Assembly: GCA_964409875.1 (NCBI GenBank)
Contig: CAYPEN010000001.1
Location: forward strand, 134,637 to 198,636
Direction of reading: 5' to 3'
Source: an uncultured Gammaproteobacteria bacterium
Lineage (GTDB): Bacteria > Patescibacteriota > Microgenomatia > Levybacterales > GWA1-39-11
Length of the DNA stretch: 64,000 bases
The position numbers and the translations under genes are program-made. Shown here piece after piece: positions 1 through 8,680 of this stretch (within the stretch, counting starts at the first letter, position 1; every line of letters begins with the position of its first letter). The notes below the pieces were generated by a model, which ran no database searches, was not told the DNA's origin, and saw only the letters and a list, made by a program, of their open reading frames with translations.

Positions 1-657
1 GGAAGAAGGTAGAGTTTGAAGACTAAGCGCACTTTTAGTAAAGGTAATCGCTGCATTTGAATTACGGGTAAGAAATCCGGTATTTGGACCGAACACAATC
101 ATAGTAGGTTTGGTATTAAGCCGTACAAAGGAAAGCGTTGCAACTTTTCCTTTCCCTTTTTGCATTGGGATAGTGTCCGGGATATGGAGGGAAAGAGATA
201 CGAGTGAGCCCTTTTTATCATTATAGACTTCTCCCTTCTCAAAGGATGATGAGAGTGCAGATGTCGGGTCTTTAACTTGCGTCAGCCTAACATTTCCAAC
301 AGCCTTCGGATCGTAGAGCAGGGAGATAACGCCACTACTTACCTCCCGTCCTTGGGTGTCGATAATAATGTCAACTGATTGCGTTTGACCAACTCCTGCA
401 CCGATATTGGTACCTGGTAAAAACCCGATAGTTGCCTGTGGTAGACTGATGGTTGATGAAGTTGATGTATTGGTGTTTGGGGTCGACCTCATAAAGTAAA
501 CATATGGCGAGCCATATGCAAGAATCACGAGTATGAAAGCAATCGCACCAATAATAATGAGTGCTTTCTTGTTCTTTTTTAGAAAGGAAGCCTTATTCTC
601 AGACTTTACTGGTTGGTCTATAGCGTTCTCTTGTATTGGCACTTCTTTGTTTTCCAT
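1..657 (-). CDS. N-terminally membrane-anchored protein, 5' part only (the gene runs past the window start); last gene of the minus-strand surface locus
   Basis: The reverse-strand ATG at 657-655 opens a frame that reads without stops to position 1 (219 codons). Translation begins MENKEVPIQENAIDQPVKSENKASFLKKNKKALIIIGAIAFILVILAYG, a single TM helix, then a Ser/Thr-rich segment. It is absent from the ORF track because there is no stop inside the window. The frame was read by eye only. Confidence 0.4.
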   Translation of the reverse strand, partial: MENKEVPIQENAIDQPVKSENKASFLKKNKKALIIIGAIAFILVILAYGSPYVYFMRSTPNTNTSTSSTISLPQATIGFLPGTNIGAGVGQTQSVDIIIDTQGREVSSGVISLLYDPKAVGNVRLTQVKDPTSALSSSFEKGEVYNDKKGSLVSLSLHIPDTIPMQKGKGKVATLSFVRLNTKPTMIVFGPNTGFLTRNSNAAITFTKSALSLQTLPSS

Positions 658-669
658 ATCGTTACAATT

Positions 670-2370
670 TTATTTCTTACAGCAGTATGGTTTTGCTCCG
701 CTGGTAAATTCATTACATACTTGATTGCCTCTTTGGTATACAGAGTAGCCGGGTGTGCTATCACAAGAACTGTTGGTTGCGCAGATATGATTGCCATCAT
801 TCGGACACTCAACCTGATAGTTAAGTGTTGGGGTAGGAGTTCCTTGGCCTACAGGTGTTCCTCCATTGACGCACCATGCAGGTTGTTGACAGGTGTTGAC
901 TGAGGCGGGAATTATATCGGTTTGAGGGGTTCCATCAGCATTCTTATTGTTGCAAAGGTATTTGTCTGCATAAGTCTTGGTGCAGAAGTATCCGCTGTAC
1001 GCTTTTGTAGCATCAAACGCTTCGTTGCCACACAATGGCCCCCAATATGAAGCGACTCCGCCTTTAGTAGTGGCACATGGTCCTGTTGCCGGTCCTGTAT
1101 AGGAGCCTGAACCGCTTCCACCCGCACCGGGAGTTGTGGTCGTTGATGTTCCACCACCGGGGTTAGGTGTTCCGCTTGTGCAGTAAAAGAAGTATTGGGT
1201 TTGAGGATTTCGTGCATTACAGTACGGATTTGGCGTCTGTCCGTCCCATATTGCATTTGCAACATAGCAACCGGCGGGGGGAGTTCCGACTGCAGTTGGA
1301 TTTTCTCCATGTGGGCCGGCACAATAGCCAGGATTGGATGGGGGAGTCGGTGTCGGGCCTGCAACAACAGGTGAGCATGTGTAGCAGCTATTAGCAGCTG
1401 ACGCATTATTGTTCTTCCACATACACCATGCGTCTCCGGGCTGACTCCGTCCCCAATTGTTACCTGCGCATGTTGCTGTCGGATAACTAGCCTGAGAGCC
1501 ACAGACTTGCGATGCACCGTTACACTTCACAGAAGGCTCCGATGTGCCACCACCGCCACCGCTCGGAGTCTGTCCTCCACCTCCGGGAGTTTGCCCACCA
1601 CCACCTGGGGTTTGTCCTCCACCTCCGGGAGTCTGGCCACCACCCGGAGTCTGTCCTCCGCCAGTTCCTGACGCGCTTTTGTAGTAGCAGGATGTTCCGC
1701 TGGTACGACATTGATGGCTTGAGTCTGCTTTTGTCCATCCCGGTTCAGCGCCTCCGTCAACCCAGCATTTATATTCTGTTGTGCTTTCTGACGAAAAAGG
1801 CTTGCATGTATCAGCCTCTCCCTGATCTTCCGAAGAACAATACGAATTTCTTTGGCAGGTTTGAATTTTTCCATCTCGACCAGTTTTATAGCAATGGCCC
1901 ACACCACTTGATGGACACTGAGCTCCCATGTTGCCGTTATTTGATACACAACGAGGCGAATCATGTAACCCCCCTGCGTAAAAGAAGCACCTGCCGTCGC
2001 CGTTTTCGCATGCATCCTTTGACCTAGAGCTGCAATTTTCCGTGCATTGGTGATTTTCGCAAACTCCGCTGTTGCAATCTTCATCTTCTCCACATTTACC
2101 GCCAATATCATTCTTGCTTGCTTTGCAAGAGCCTTCTATGCAGTATGGCTCGTTTGCATTGCATGTTGGTTTCCAGCTAAAACAGGCTTGGCCCCATCCG
2201 GCATAGTCACATCCACAACTATCAAATGGATTGGGAAAGGCATATTGCTGTTTAACATTGTTAAATAGGAATATTAAACAAATAAATAAGAAGGAAAGCC
2301 CTAAAGAGAAGAAAAATGTACCAGAAAAAAATCTTCTATTGTCAAAAAGAATACTAAAATAACGCCTCAT
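670..2370 (-). CDS. Secreted cysteine-rich protein (about 60 Cys) with tandem GGGQTP/GGGGQTP repeats
   Basis: 566 aa with an N-terminal signal/TM segment (MRRYFSILFDNRRFFSGTFFFSLGLSFLFICLIFLF). Cys is very abundant throughout. The repeat GGGQTPGGGQTPGGGGQTPGGGGQTP is encoded by an 18-nt DNA repeat at about 1530-1670. The competing frames 912..1517 and 1527..2111 look spurious. Confidence 0.6.
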   Translation of the reverse strand: MRRYFSILFDNRRFFSGTFFFSLGLSFLFICLIFLFNNVKQQYAFPNPFDSCGCDYAGWGQACFSWKPTCNANEPYCIEGSCKASKNDIGGKCGEDEDCNSGVCENHQCTENCSSRSKDACENGDGRCFFYAGGLHDSPRCVSNNGNMGAQCPSSGVGHCYKTGRDGKIQTCQRNSYCSSEDQGEADTCKPFSSESTTEYKCWVDGGAEPGWTKADSSHQCRTSGTSCYYKSASGTGGGQTPGGGQTPGGGGQTPGGGGQTPGGGGQTPSGGGGGTSEPSVKCNGASQVCGSQASYPTATCAGNNWGRSQPGDAWCMWKNNNASAANSCYTCSPVVAGPTPTPPSNPGYCAGPHGENPTAVGTPPAGCYVANAIWDGQTPNPYCNARNPQTQYFFYCTSGTPNPGGGTSTTTTPGAGGSGSGSYTGPATGPCATTKGGVASYWGPLCGNEAFDATKAYSGYFCTKTYADKYLCNNKNADGTPQTDIIPASVNTCQQPAWCVNGGTPVGQGTPTPTLNYQVECPNDGNHICATNSSCDSTPGYSVYQRGNQVCNEFTSGAKPYCCKK

Positions 2371-2420
2371 ATGAATTTTGATGGTTCAACTTCAATTATT
2401 AATGTCTTATTTGTTAATTG

Positions 2421-3002
2421 TCAACACCCAGTTGCGGCTCCCTGATAATATACTTTCAAAGTGCCTCCTGACCATTTACCGCCTGTTTGGGATCCTCCGG
2501 AGAATAACCCGATTTTCCATTTTTTATTAGTAAATCCATCAGCTGATGAAAGATTAATTGTGTATCTAGTTGAGGGTGTTTTGAATTGATCTGTTGCAAT
2601 AACTTTTGTAGTAGAACCTTCTTCTATTTCTATTGTCATATAGCCATTTTCGTCTCCTATTGCCTGTATTTTTCCTTCCTGTTGCGGTACTGTTTCTTTC
2701 AGGCAAAATGTAGGCGTATAGTTTATAATCCAAGTAAAGGGAGTAGTGGTCGGAGAAGGAGTCGTGCCGGAACCGGATGAGGTAGGGCCAGGAGTTGTGG
2801 AAGTAGTTGCTGGTGTGTCGGCTACAGGGAAGGGGGTGTCACCCGACATAAGTGTCCCAAAGCCTCCAACAAGAGACACTGCGAGAAGTACAACCATTAT
2901 GCAAATTATAAAATACACTGAGGATTGTCCGCGCTCTGAAGCAACAGAAGTTGGGAGTTGGGAGTTAGCAGATAAAGGGTTTTGAATAAAAATTCTTCGC
3001 AT
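2421..3002 (-). CDS. Membrane-anchored protein with a Thr/Pro/Ser-rich linker and a C-terminal globular domain
   Basis: 193 aa. It has a TM helix (VYFIICIMVVLLAVSLVGGFG), then TPATTSTTPGPTSSGSGTTPSPTTTP, then a beta-rich C-terminus ending in Cys. Confidence 0.5.
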   Translation of the reverse strand: MRRIFIQNPLSANSQLPTSVASERGQSSVYFIICIMVVLLAVSLVGGFGTLMSGDTPFPVADTPATTSTTPGPTSSGSGTTPSPTTTPFTWIINYTPTFCLKETVPQQEGKIQAIGDENGYMTIEIEEGSTTKVIATDQFKTPSTRYTINLSSADGFTNKKWKIGLFSGGSQTGGKWSGGTLKVYYQGAATGC

Positions 3003-3041
3003 AATTTGAGTATAGAATTTTTTGCTGCAAGTGGCTAGTGG

Positions 3042-3407
3042 TTAGTTTTTTGATGTTTCGAGGGCTGTTATTCTTTTCTCATGGTCAGATAACTTTTTTC
3101 TGGTAAAACTATCAGTGCCTTCAATAGCGTCAAGGAGAGAATTTTGCATATCTTCAAGGTCTTTTTTTGTAGCAAACCGCTTCAGTTCTTCCTTTGTCGC
3201 AAATCGTTCAAGATCTTCTTTTGTAGCATAAGCCTTTAGTTCCTCCCTCAAGTCTTCTTTTGTAGCAAATCTTTCTAAATCCTCCTTGGTGGCAAATCTT
3301 TTCAGTTCATTTTTTAAGTCCTCTTTTGTGGCAAAGACCTCCCGTAGCTCTCTTATGGTTTGAATGAAAACTTTTTCTGTTAGGACTTTTTCTTCCTGTT
3401 TTTTCAT
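3042..3407 (-). CDS. Coiled-coil repeat protein with seven tandem (F/Y)ATKEDL(K/E)R units
   Basis: 121 aa, with FATKEDLKNELKRFATKEDLERFATKEDLREELKAYATKEDLERFATKEELKRFATKKDLED. It is highly charged and helical, with no TM segment. Confidence 0.55.
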   Translation of the reverse strand: MKKQEEKVLTEKVFIQTIRELREVFATKEDLKNELKRFATKEDLERFATKEDLREELKAYATKEDLERFATKEELKRFATKKDLEDMQNSLLDAIEGTDSFTRKKLSDHEKRITALETSKN

Positions 3408-3472
3408 AGTGATATCTAGAATATCATTTTGTAATTAATCTTCAATAAGACAAAGTACAGCAATTGGTGAAA

Positions 3473-4393
3473 TTATTGCCCCGCGTCGTTGCAGATTTTT
3501 TGGGAAATGTCTTTATAAATTTTTTTTAACTGGGTCGGGTCGGGGAGTTCATAATATGTTGAAAGGGTAGGTTCGGTTGCTATTTTTGACATCATATTCC
3601 TCATGTCGGGCAAAAAATATTCGTCTTCTGTGTTGCCCGGAACGTAGAGTGCAATCGTATATATCTTTATCCCTTTGTCTTTTATTTCTTTCGAAACGTC
3701 GGGGGATTGGGTCGGGTCTTGTGAATTTGCAAAACACCGGTTTCCCAATTGCCTACCACTTGCGCAGTCATGAGGGTTTGTTTCCGGAATACCGTCCGAA
3801 AGAAAAATAAGTGCAAATTTTTGGTCGGGGAATTTAGTTTGTGCAGCAAGGATTTTATCCCGCATAAATAGAAATGCAGTTCTTGTGTTTGTCGCACCTG
3901 CTGCACGAAGGTTTTGAATTGCTCCGGGCATTGTGCTTTTGACATCTTTGTAGCGGGAGAAGGGCACATCTTCTTCAACAACAACTGCCCCGTCGTCGTT
4001 ACTGCTAAAAGATGAAAGGCCGATGACCGACTGGTCGGAAAGAGTTTGGGAAAATGTTGTAAGTGCAGATTTGAGGTTCTCTATTTTTGCGCCTTTCATC
4101 GAGCCGGAGCGGTCAACCAAAAGTCCGACTGCAACTTTACTGCCGCATTCGCGGAATTTGATGGTTTTTAGTTGCAGGTTGTTGCGGTTGGGACCTGGAG
4201 TTTCTTGTACTAGCTCCAAGTCCCCTGTTTCACCCGGATCTGAGAGTGTCGAGCGGGGAGTGACTCCCCGGGATAGTAATACCCCCATACCTACTGCAAG
4301 ACCGATAAATGCAAGGGTAAATAGTGTCCCCGGCCCTGTAAGATTGACTCCAAAGCCGTTTCCACCTCGTCTCCTATTATTATTGTTTGCCAT
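3473..4393 (-). CDS. von Willebrand factor A (vWA) domain protein with an N-terminal membrane anchor
   Basis: 306 aa. It has a TM helix (TLFTLAFIGLAVGMGVLL), a MIDAS motif DRSGSM (DxSxS) in LLVDRSGSMKG, and a typical vWA alpha/beta layout. The N-terminal 70 aa are paralogous to the next gene. Confidence 0.7.
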   Translation of the reverse strand: MANNNNRRRGGNGFGVNLTGPGTLFTLAFIGLAVGMGVLLSRGVTPRSTLSDPGETGDLELVQETPGPNRNNLQLKTIKFRECGSKVAVGLLVDRSGSMKGAKIENLKSALTTFSQTLSDQSVIGLSSFSSNDDGAVVVEEDVPFSRYKDVKSTMPGAIQNLRAAGATNTRTAFLFMRDKILAAQTKFPDQKFALIFLSDGIPETNPHDCASGRQLGNRCFANSQDPTQSPDVSKEIKDKGIKIYTIALYVPGNTEDEYFLPDMRNMMSKIATEPTLSTYYELPDPTQLKKIYKDISQKICNDAGQ

Positions 4394-4395
4394 AT

Positions 4396-5259
4396 TTATA
4401 GTTGTATTGTTGTACAGCCTTCACTGATATCTCCCACCTGGTCTCCATCGTGAAGGATGAATTGCGCACGGTACGCATGCCCAGCCTCAAGACCGAGATT
4501 GTCAACCTTCCATATGATTTCAGCGCCAAAGAACGGTTCCTGACGTCTTTGAGAATTTGCAAATTTCACGTTTGAATTTGGAGGGTATGGGTCTGCCCCC
4601 GGCCCCAAATCCAAGTCATTGGGTGTTGACATTGATGTTGATGCCCCCAAGGGTTTCCACGCACCGAATACCTCATCGGGTTTGTGTGGGGTTCCCCCGT
4701 TTTGCGCGTCTCCTGACTTATTATTGGGGTCAGATGTTATGTCGCTTAAGAAAAGAGCAGGGTACCAAGGAAATCCATTGGCATCTTTTTGGGTCTCATC
4801 TCCCACATTGGGACTTACCACGTGATCTTTTGAGGATGTTGAAGGGGAAATATTCCCGGCTCCGAGCGTTATCGGCCATTCGTCTTGATAAAAAACCTTG
4901 ATAGCCCCGCCTTTGACAACAGGGGTCCCCGGGTCGGGGTTGATGGCCCACAGAATGTATGGCTCGGGGCTACCTTTAATAGCGTCATCCCCGCAGTCAA
5001 ATGTAGGGGGAATGACAACCTTCATTTTAATAGTTCTGAGTTGAAGGTTGGACCGTTGGGCCTCTTGTTGGCTTGTATCAACTTGATAGGTATATTTATC
5101 ATTTAACCCTGAGAGCGTTGATTTGGGAGTGACACCGCGAGTCATGAGTATTCCCATCCCGAAAGCAATTCCTATGAATGCTAGGGTAAAAACTGTTCCC
5201 GGACCTGTAAGGTTGAGACCAAAACCCATTCCCCCACCTTGCTTTTTCTCTTTTGCCAT
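4396..5259 (-). CDS. Membrane-anchored protein of unknown function that shares its N-terminal anchor module with the adjacent vWA gene
   Basis: 287 aa. The N-terminus MAKEKKQGGGMGFGLNLTGPGTVFTLAFIGIAFGMGILMTRGVTPKSTLS...RSNLQLRTIKM aligns with GFGVNLTGPGTLFTLAFIGLAVGMGVLLSRGVTPRSTLS...RNNLQLKTIKF of 3473..4393. The C-terminal domain is unrelated. Confidence 0.6.
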   Translation of the reverse strand: MAKEKKQGGGMGFGLNLTGPGTVFTLAFIGIAFGMGILMTRGVTPKSTLSGLNDKYTYQVDTSQQEAQRSNLQLRTIKMKVVIPPTFDCGDDAIKGSPEPYILWAINPDPGTPVVKGGAIKVFYQDEWPITLGAGNISPSTSSKDHVVSPNVGDETQKDANGFPWYPALFLSDITSDPNNKSGDAQNGGTPHKPDEVFGAWKPLGASTSMSTPNDLDLGPGADPYPPNSNVKFANSQRRQEPFFGAEIIWKVDNLGLEAGHAYRAQFILHDGDQVGDISEGCTTIQL

Positions 5260-5435
5260 ACAATTAAGTGTAGAATTTAGTTTTCATACTTGTCAACGTA
5301 TCTTGTTTTTGAATTCAACTTTTGTTATACTACTGTTCATTACATCATGTTCTTGATTACATCCTGGCTGAAAACGCCGCAAGAACAGAGGGAAAAAGGA
5401 TTATAAAACGCTTGCGTTTGATTCCTTATTAATAT

Positions 5436-6212
5436 ATGAGACAAATCACTTTAGAAGAATTATTGGAGGCCGGATGCCATTTTGGCCATCAGGTTAATAG
5501 ACGCAACCCGAAAGCCAACCGCTATATTTTTGAAGCGCGGCAGGGGGTTAATATCATCAATCTTGAGGCAACTCAGGAAGGACTCATTGCTGCTGCGGAA
5601 TACGTGAAGGAGCTTGCTTCGCGAGGTGGAAGTTTTGTTGTTGTCGGAACCAAAAGACAGGCGCAGCAGGTTGTAAAAGAAGAAGTTGAAAGAGCTCGGG
5701 AAATTACTCCTTCAACAATCCATTACATAACATCCCGTTGGATTGGCGGAATCTTTACTAATTTTGATGAAGTAAAAAAGAACTTTAAAAAACTGGTTGA
5801 TTTGGAAAAAATCGTCAATTCTGAAGACCGCGGTGGATACACTAAAAGAGAAGTTGGACTTTTTGAAAAAGAACTTGTGAAATTGAAGGATATCTATGGT
5901 GGGCTTTTTACCATCAAGGAGGCACCTGACGCAGTATTTATTATCGATACCCATGCTGAGAACACCGCAGTAAGGGAAGCGTCGAGGGTTGGTCTTACGA
6001 CAATCGGAATAACAGACACAAATGCCGACCCTTCAGAAGTGACATATTCAATTCCGGCAAATGATGACGCGGTAGGTTCTATAAAGCTTATCACTACGTA
6101 TCTTATCGATGCTTGGATTGAGGGGTCGAAAGAAAAAGTAAAATCCGATAACAAAGCTGCAGAAATAGCGGCAAAAGAAGCGGCAAAGAAATCGAAGCCG
6201 GCAGATAAATAG
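5436..6212 (+). CDS. rpsB: 30S ribosomal protein S2
   Basis: 258 aa. The N-terminus MRQITLEELLEAGCHFGHQVNRRNPK carries the S2 signature, and the C-terminal tail is lysine-rich. Confidence 0.95.
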   Translation: MRQITLEELLEAGCHFGHQVNRRNPKANRYIFEARQGVNIINLEATQEGLIAAAEYVKELASRGGSFVVVGTKRQAQQVVKEEVERAREITPSTIHYITSRWIGGIFTNFDEVKKNFKKLVDLEKIVNSEDRGGYTKREVGLFEKELVKLKDIYGGLFTIKEAPDAVFIIDTHAENTAVREASRVGLTTIGITDTNADPSEVTYSIPANDDAVGSIKLITTYLIDAWIEGSKEKVKSDNKAAEIAAKEAAKKSKPADK

Positions 6213-6241
6213 GTTAAAAGAATTAAGGTTAAGAAAAAAAT

Positions 6242-6694
6242 ATGGCAATAAGCGCACAACAAATAAAAGAATTACGGGAAAAGACTCAGGCGGGGTTTTC
6301 TGATTGTAAAATGGCTTTGGAAGAGGCCGGAGGGGATATGAAAAAGGCAGAGGAGATCCTTAAGAAAAAAGGTTTTGAGAAGGCAGCAAAAAAGAGTGAT
6401 CGCGAAACCGGTCAGGGCCTTGTCGAATCGTACGTTCATCAAACAGGAAAAGTGGGTGTTCTTGTTTCTCTTCTTTGTGAGACCGATTTTGTGGCAAGAA
6501 CTGACGAATTCAAACACTTGGCTCATGAAATTGCGATGCAGGTTGCGGCAATGAATCCGAAGGATATGGATGCCCTTTTGAAACAAGAGTACATCCGTGA
6601 CGGCTCAAAAACAATAGACGACCTTATTAAAGAAACAATTGCCAAGCTTGGAGAGAACATCAAACTCTCAGATTTCAAACGCTCGGAGATTTGA
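6242..6694 (+). CDS. tsf: Elongation factor Ts, short form
   Basis: 150 aa. It has a UBA-like N-terminus (ISAQQIKELREKTQAGFSDCKMALEE) and the EF-Ts core LVSLLCETDFVARTDEF. It sits directly downstream of rpsB, the conserved rpsB-tsf pair. Confidence 0.9.
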   Translation: MAISAQQIKELREKTQAGFSDCKMALEEAGGDMKKAEEILKKKGFEKAAKKSDRETGQGLVESYVHQTGKVGVLVSLLCETDFVARTDEFKHLAHEIAMQVAAMNPKDMDALLKQEYIRDGSKTIDDLIKETIAKLGENIKLSDFKRSEI

Positions 6695-6841
6695 TTTCGT
6701 TGGATTCGGGTCCTGTCAAACCCCAGTTGCAGTACTTATTCAGCGTTCAAATCACATTCAAATTAACAAGAGTTCGCTTCGGTATAAATTTTGCAACCTT
6801 TTTTCATAGTTTTTTAAGTTTTCTTATAGTAAAATAATTGG

Positions 6842-7951
6842 ATGCTGGTAACTATTATCGCCTTCATTCTTATTCTCTCCGTTCTTGTTCTTATCCACGA
6901 GTTGGGACATTTTTTGGTGGCGAAAAAATTGGGAATTAAGGTTGAAGAATTCGGAGTAGGATTTCCGCCGAGAGCATGGGGAAAAAAGATAGGGGAAACT
7001 ACCTATTCTATCAACTGGCTTCCTGTCGGTGGATTTGTAAAGCTTTACGGGGAAGACGACGCAGGAGGAGGAAAAATGGGTTCAAAATCGGTGAGTGGGT
7101 TGGGAGAAAAAGTTGATGAGAAACGTGCTTTTTATGCCCGTCCTCTTTGGCAGCGGATGAGCGTTGTGACGGCTGGGGTTATCATGAATTTTATTCTTGC
7201 CGTTGTTGTTATATCTTTCCTCTTCGCAACACAGGGAGTGCCTCTTCCGACAGAGCATGTAAAAGTGACAGAAATATCGCACCAATCACCCGCAGAAATT
7301 GCAGGGCTTAGAGTCGGAGACCAGGTGATATCGATGAATGGTATTGTCCTTAAGGACTCAAACCAATTTATCGCAGAAACGCAAAAACATAAAGGGAATG
7401 AGGTAACGTTGGTAGTATTGCGAAATGGTCAGGAATTTAGTACAAAAGTGACCCCCCGGCTCAATCCTCCGAAAGGGCAAGGGGCAATAGGAGTAGCGAT
7501 CACAAACATTGAAGTAAAGAAATATTCATGGATAGAGGCTCCCTTTTATGGAACGATGGAAGCCGTAAAATTTTCTCTTATGATAGTGCAAGGCTTAGTG
7601 GGTATGGTCGGTGATTTTGTTTTACACGGCATAAAACCGCAAGGAGTAGCAGGGCCAATTGGTGTTGCTCAACTGACAGGAGAAGCTGTTAGGGCAGGAT
7701 GGTTTGCGGTGTTGTGGTTCCTCTCGCTTTTGTCTCTCAATTTGGCTGTTCTTAACATCTTGCCAATTCCTGCTCTTGATGGAGGACGCTTTTTCTTCAT
7801 GATAATTGAGATGGTAACCGGCAAAAAAGTAAGCCCAAAATATGAGGCGTATGCACATGGCGCGGGACTCGTTGTTCTGCTTGGACTTATGGCACTTATT
7901 ACCGTTTTTGATGTGGCACGGCTTATTCAAGGGAAAGGAATATTACCATAA
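6842..7951 (+). CDS. rseP: Site-2 / RIP zinc metalloprotease RseP family (M50) with a PDZ domain
   Basis: 369 aa. It has the HEXXH motif in LIHELGHFLVAKKLG, multiple TM helices, a central PDZ-like segment (GLRVGDQVISMNG) and the C-terminal LDGG motif (ALDGGRFFFM). Confidence 0.85.
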   Translation: MLVTIIAFILILSVLVLIHELGHFLVAKKLGIKVEEFGVGFPPRAWGKKIGETTYSINWLPVGGFVKLYGEDDAGGGKMGSKSVSGLGEKVDEKRAFYARPLWQRMSVVTAGVIMNFILAVVVISFLFATQGVPLPTEHVKVTEISHQSPAEIAGLRVGDQVISMNGIVLKDSNQFIAETQKHKGNEVTLVVLRNGQEFSTKVTPRLNPPKGQGAIGVAITNIEVKKYSWIEAPFYGTMEAVKFSLMIVQGLVGMVGDFVLHGIKPQGVAGPIGVAQLTGEAVRAGWFAVLWFLSLLSLNLAVLNILPIPALDGGRFFFMIIEMVTGKKVSPKYEAYAHGAGLVVLLGLMALITVFDVARLIQGKGILP

Positions 7952-8034
7952 AATTTTTAAGTTCAAATTTTTAATTTTTAATAAATTTTTTAAAATTGTA
8001 AATTTAAAATTATTTTGCTATTCTAAGTCATAAA

Positions 8035-8598
8035 ATGGATGGACAAATAACCCAACAGACAAAACAACGCATGGAAAAGGCCTTTATAGTCCTAAAAGAA
8101 GATTTCGGCACTATTAAGACAGGCAAGGCAAATCCTCAACTTGTTGAGAATATTGTTATTTCTGCATATGGTGGTAGTGCCAGGCTTAAGATTATGGAGC
8201 TTGCGACGATACATGTTTCTGACCATCAAACATTACTATTGACTCCCTTCGATTCCTCAGTATTAAGGGATATTGAGAAAGGAATTTCAGACAGCCAAAT
8301 GGGTCTTGGCATTGCTGTTGATGGAATCAATATCCGTGTAAGTATCCCTCCTTTAACCCAGGAAAGACGGGAAGAATTCGTAAAGTTAATTCATAAAAAG
8401 GCCGAAAACGGAAAAATTATGATCCGTCAAGCGCGGCAAGAGTCGAAAGATGAGATAGAAAAGCTAAAAAAGGACGGGCATATTTCTGAAGACGACGTTG
8501 CAAGACTCGAGAAAGAAGTACAAAAAATAACCGATGAATATATTGAAAAGATAGATGAGACTTGCAAAATGAAAGAGCAGGAGCTCATGACAGTATAG
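8035..8598 (+). CDS. frr: Ribosome recycling factor
   Basis: 187 aa with a typical RRF sequence (TIKTGKANPQLVENIVISAYG ... IRVSIPPLTQERREE). Confidence 0.95.
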   Translation: MDGQITQQTKQRMEKAFIVLKEDFGTIKTGKANPQLVENIVISAYGGSARLKIMELATIHVSDHQTLLLTPFDSSVLRDIEKGISDSQMGLGIAVDGINIRVSIPPLTQERREEFVKLIHKKAENGKIMIRQARQESKDEIEKLKKDGHISEDDVARLEKEVQKITDEYIEKIDETCKMKEQELMTV

Positions 8599-8616
8599 GA
8601 AAGCGTTTAGAAAATT

Positions 8617-8650
8617 AGCGTTTAGGATTTTTTTATTATAGCTAAACGCT
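8617..8650 (+). terminator. Hairpin downstream of frr (AGCGTTTAG ... CTAAACGCT) with a T-run in the loop; possible terminator
   Basis: Inverted repeat agcgtttag / ctaaacgct flanks gatttttttattata. A second direct copy of agcgtttag lies at 8602-8610. Confidence 0.3.
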
Positions 8651-8680
8651 ATCCCCTAACTATCTAAACCCTAATTTTAT

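Noticed and set aside
912-2111. Alternative minus-strand frames 912..1517 and 1527..2111 inside the Cys-rich gene
   Set aside because: They have no signal peptide and low complexity (Arg/Trp/Pro-rich). The 566-aa frame has a signal peptide and a consistent Cys pattern.
6695-6841. tRNA-like T-loop (GCGTTCAAATCAC) in the tsf-rseP intergenic region
   Set aside because: The flanking bases cannot form a T-stem, and no acceptor or anticodon arms could be built.
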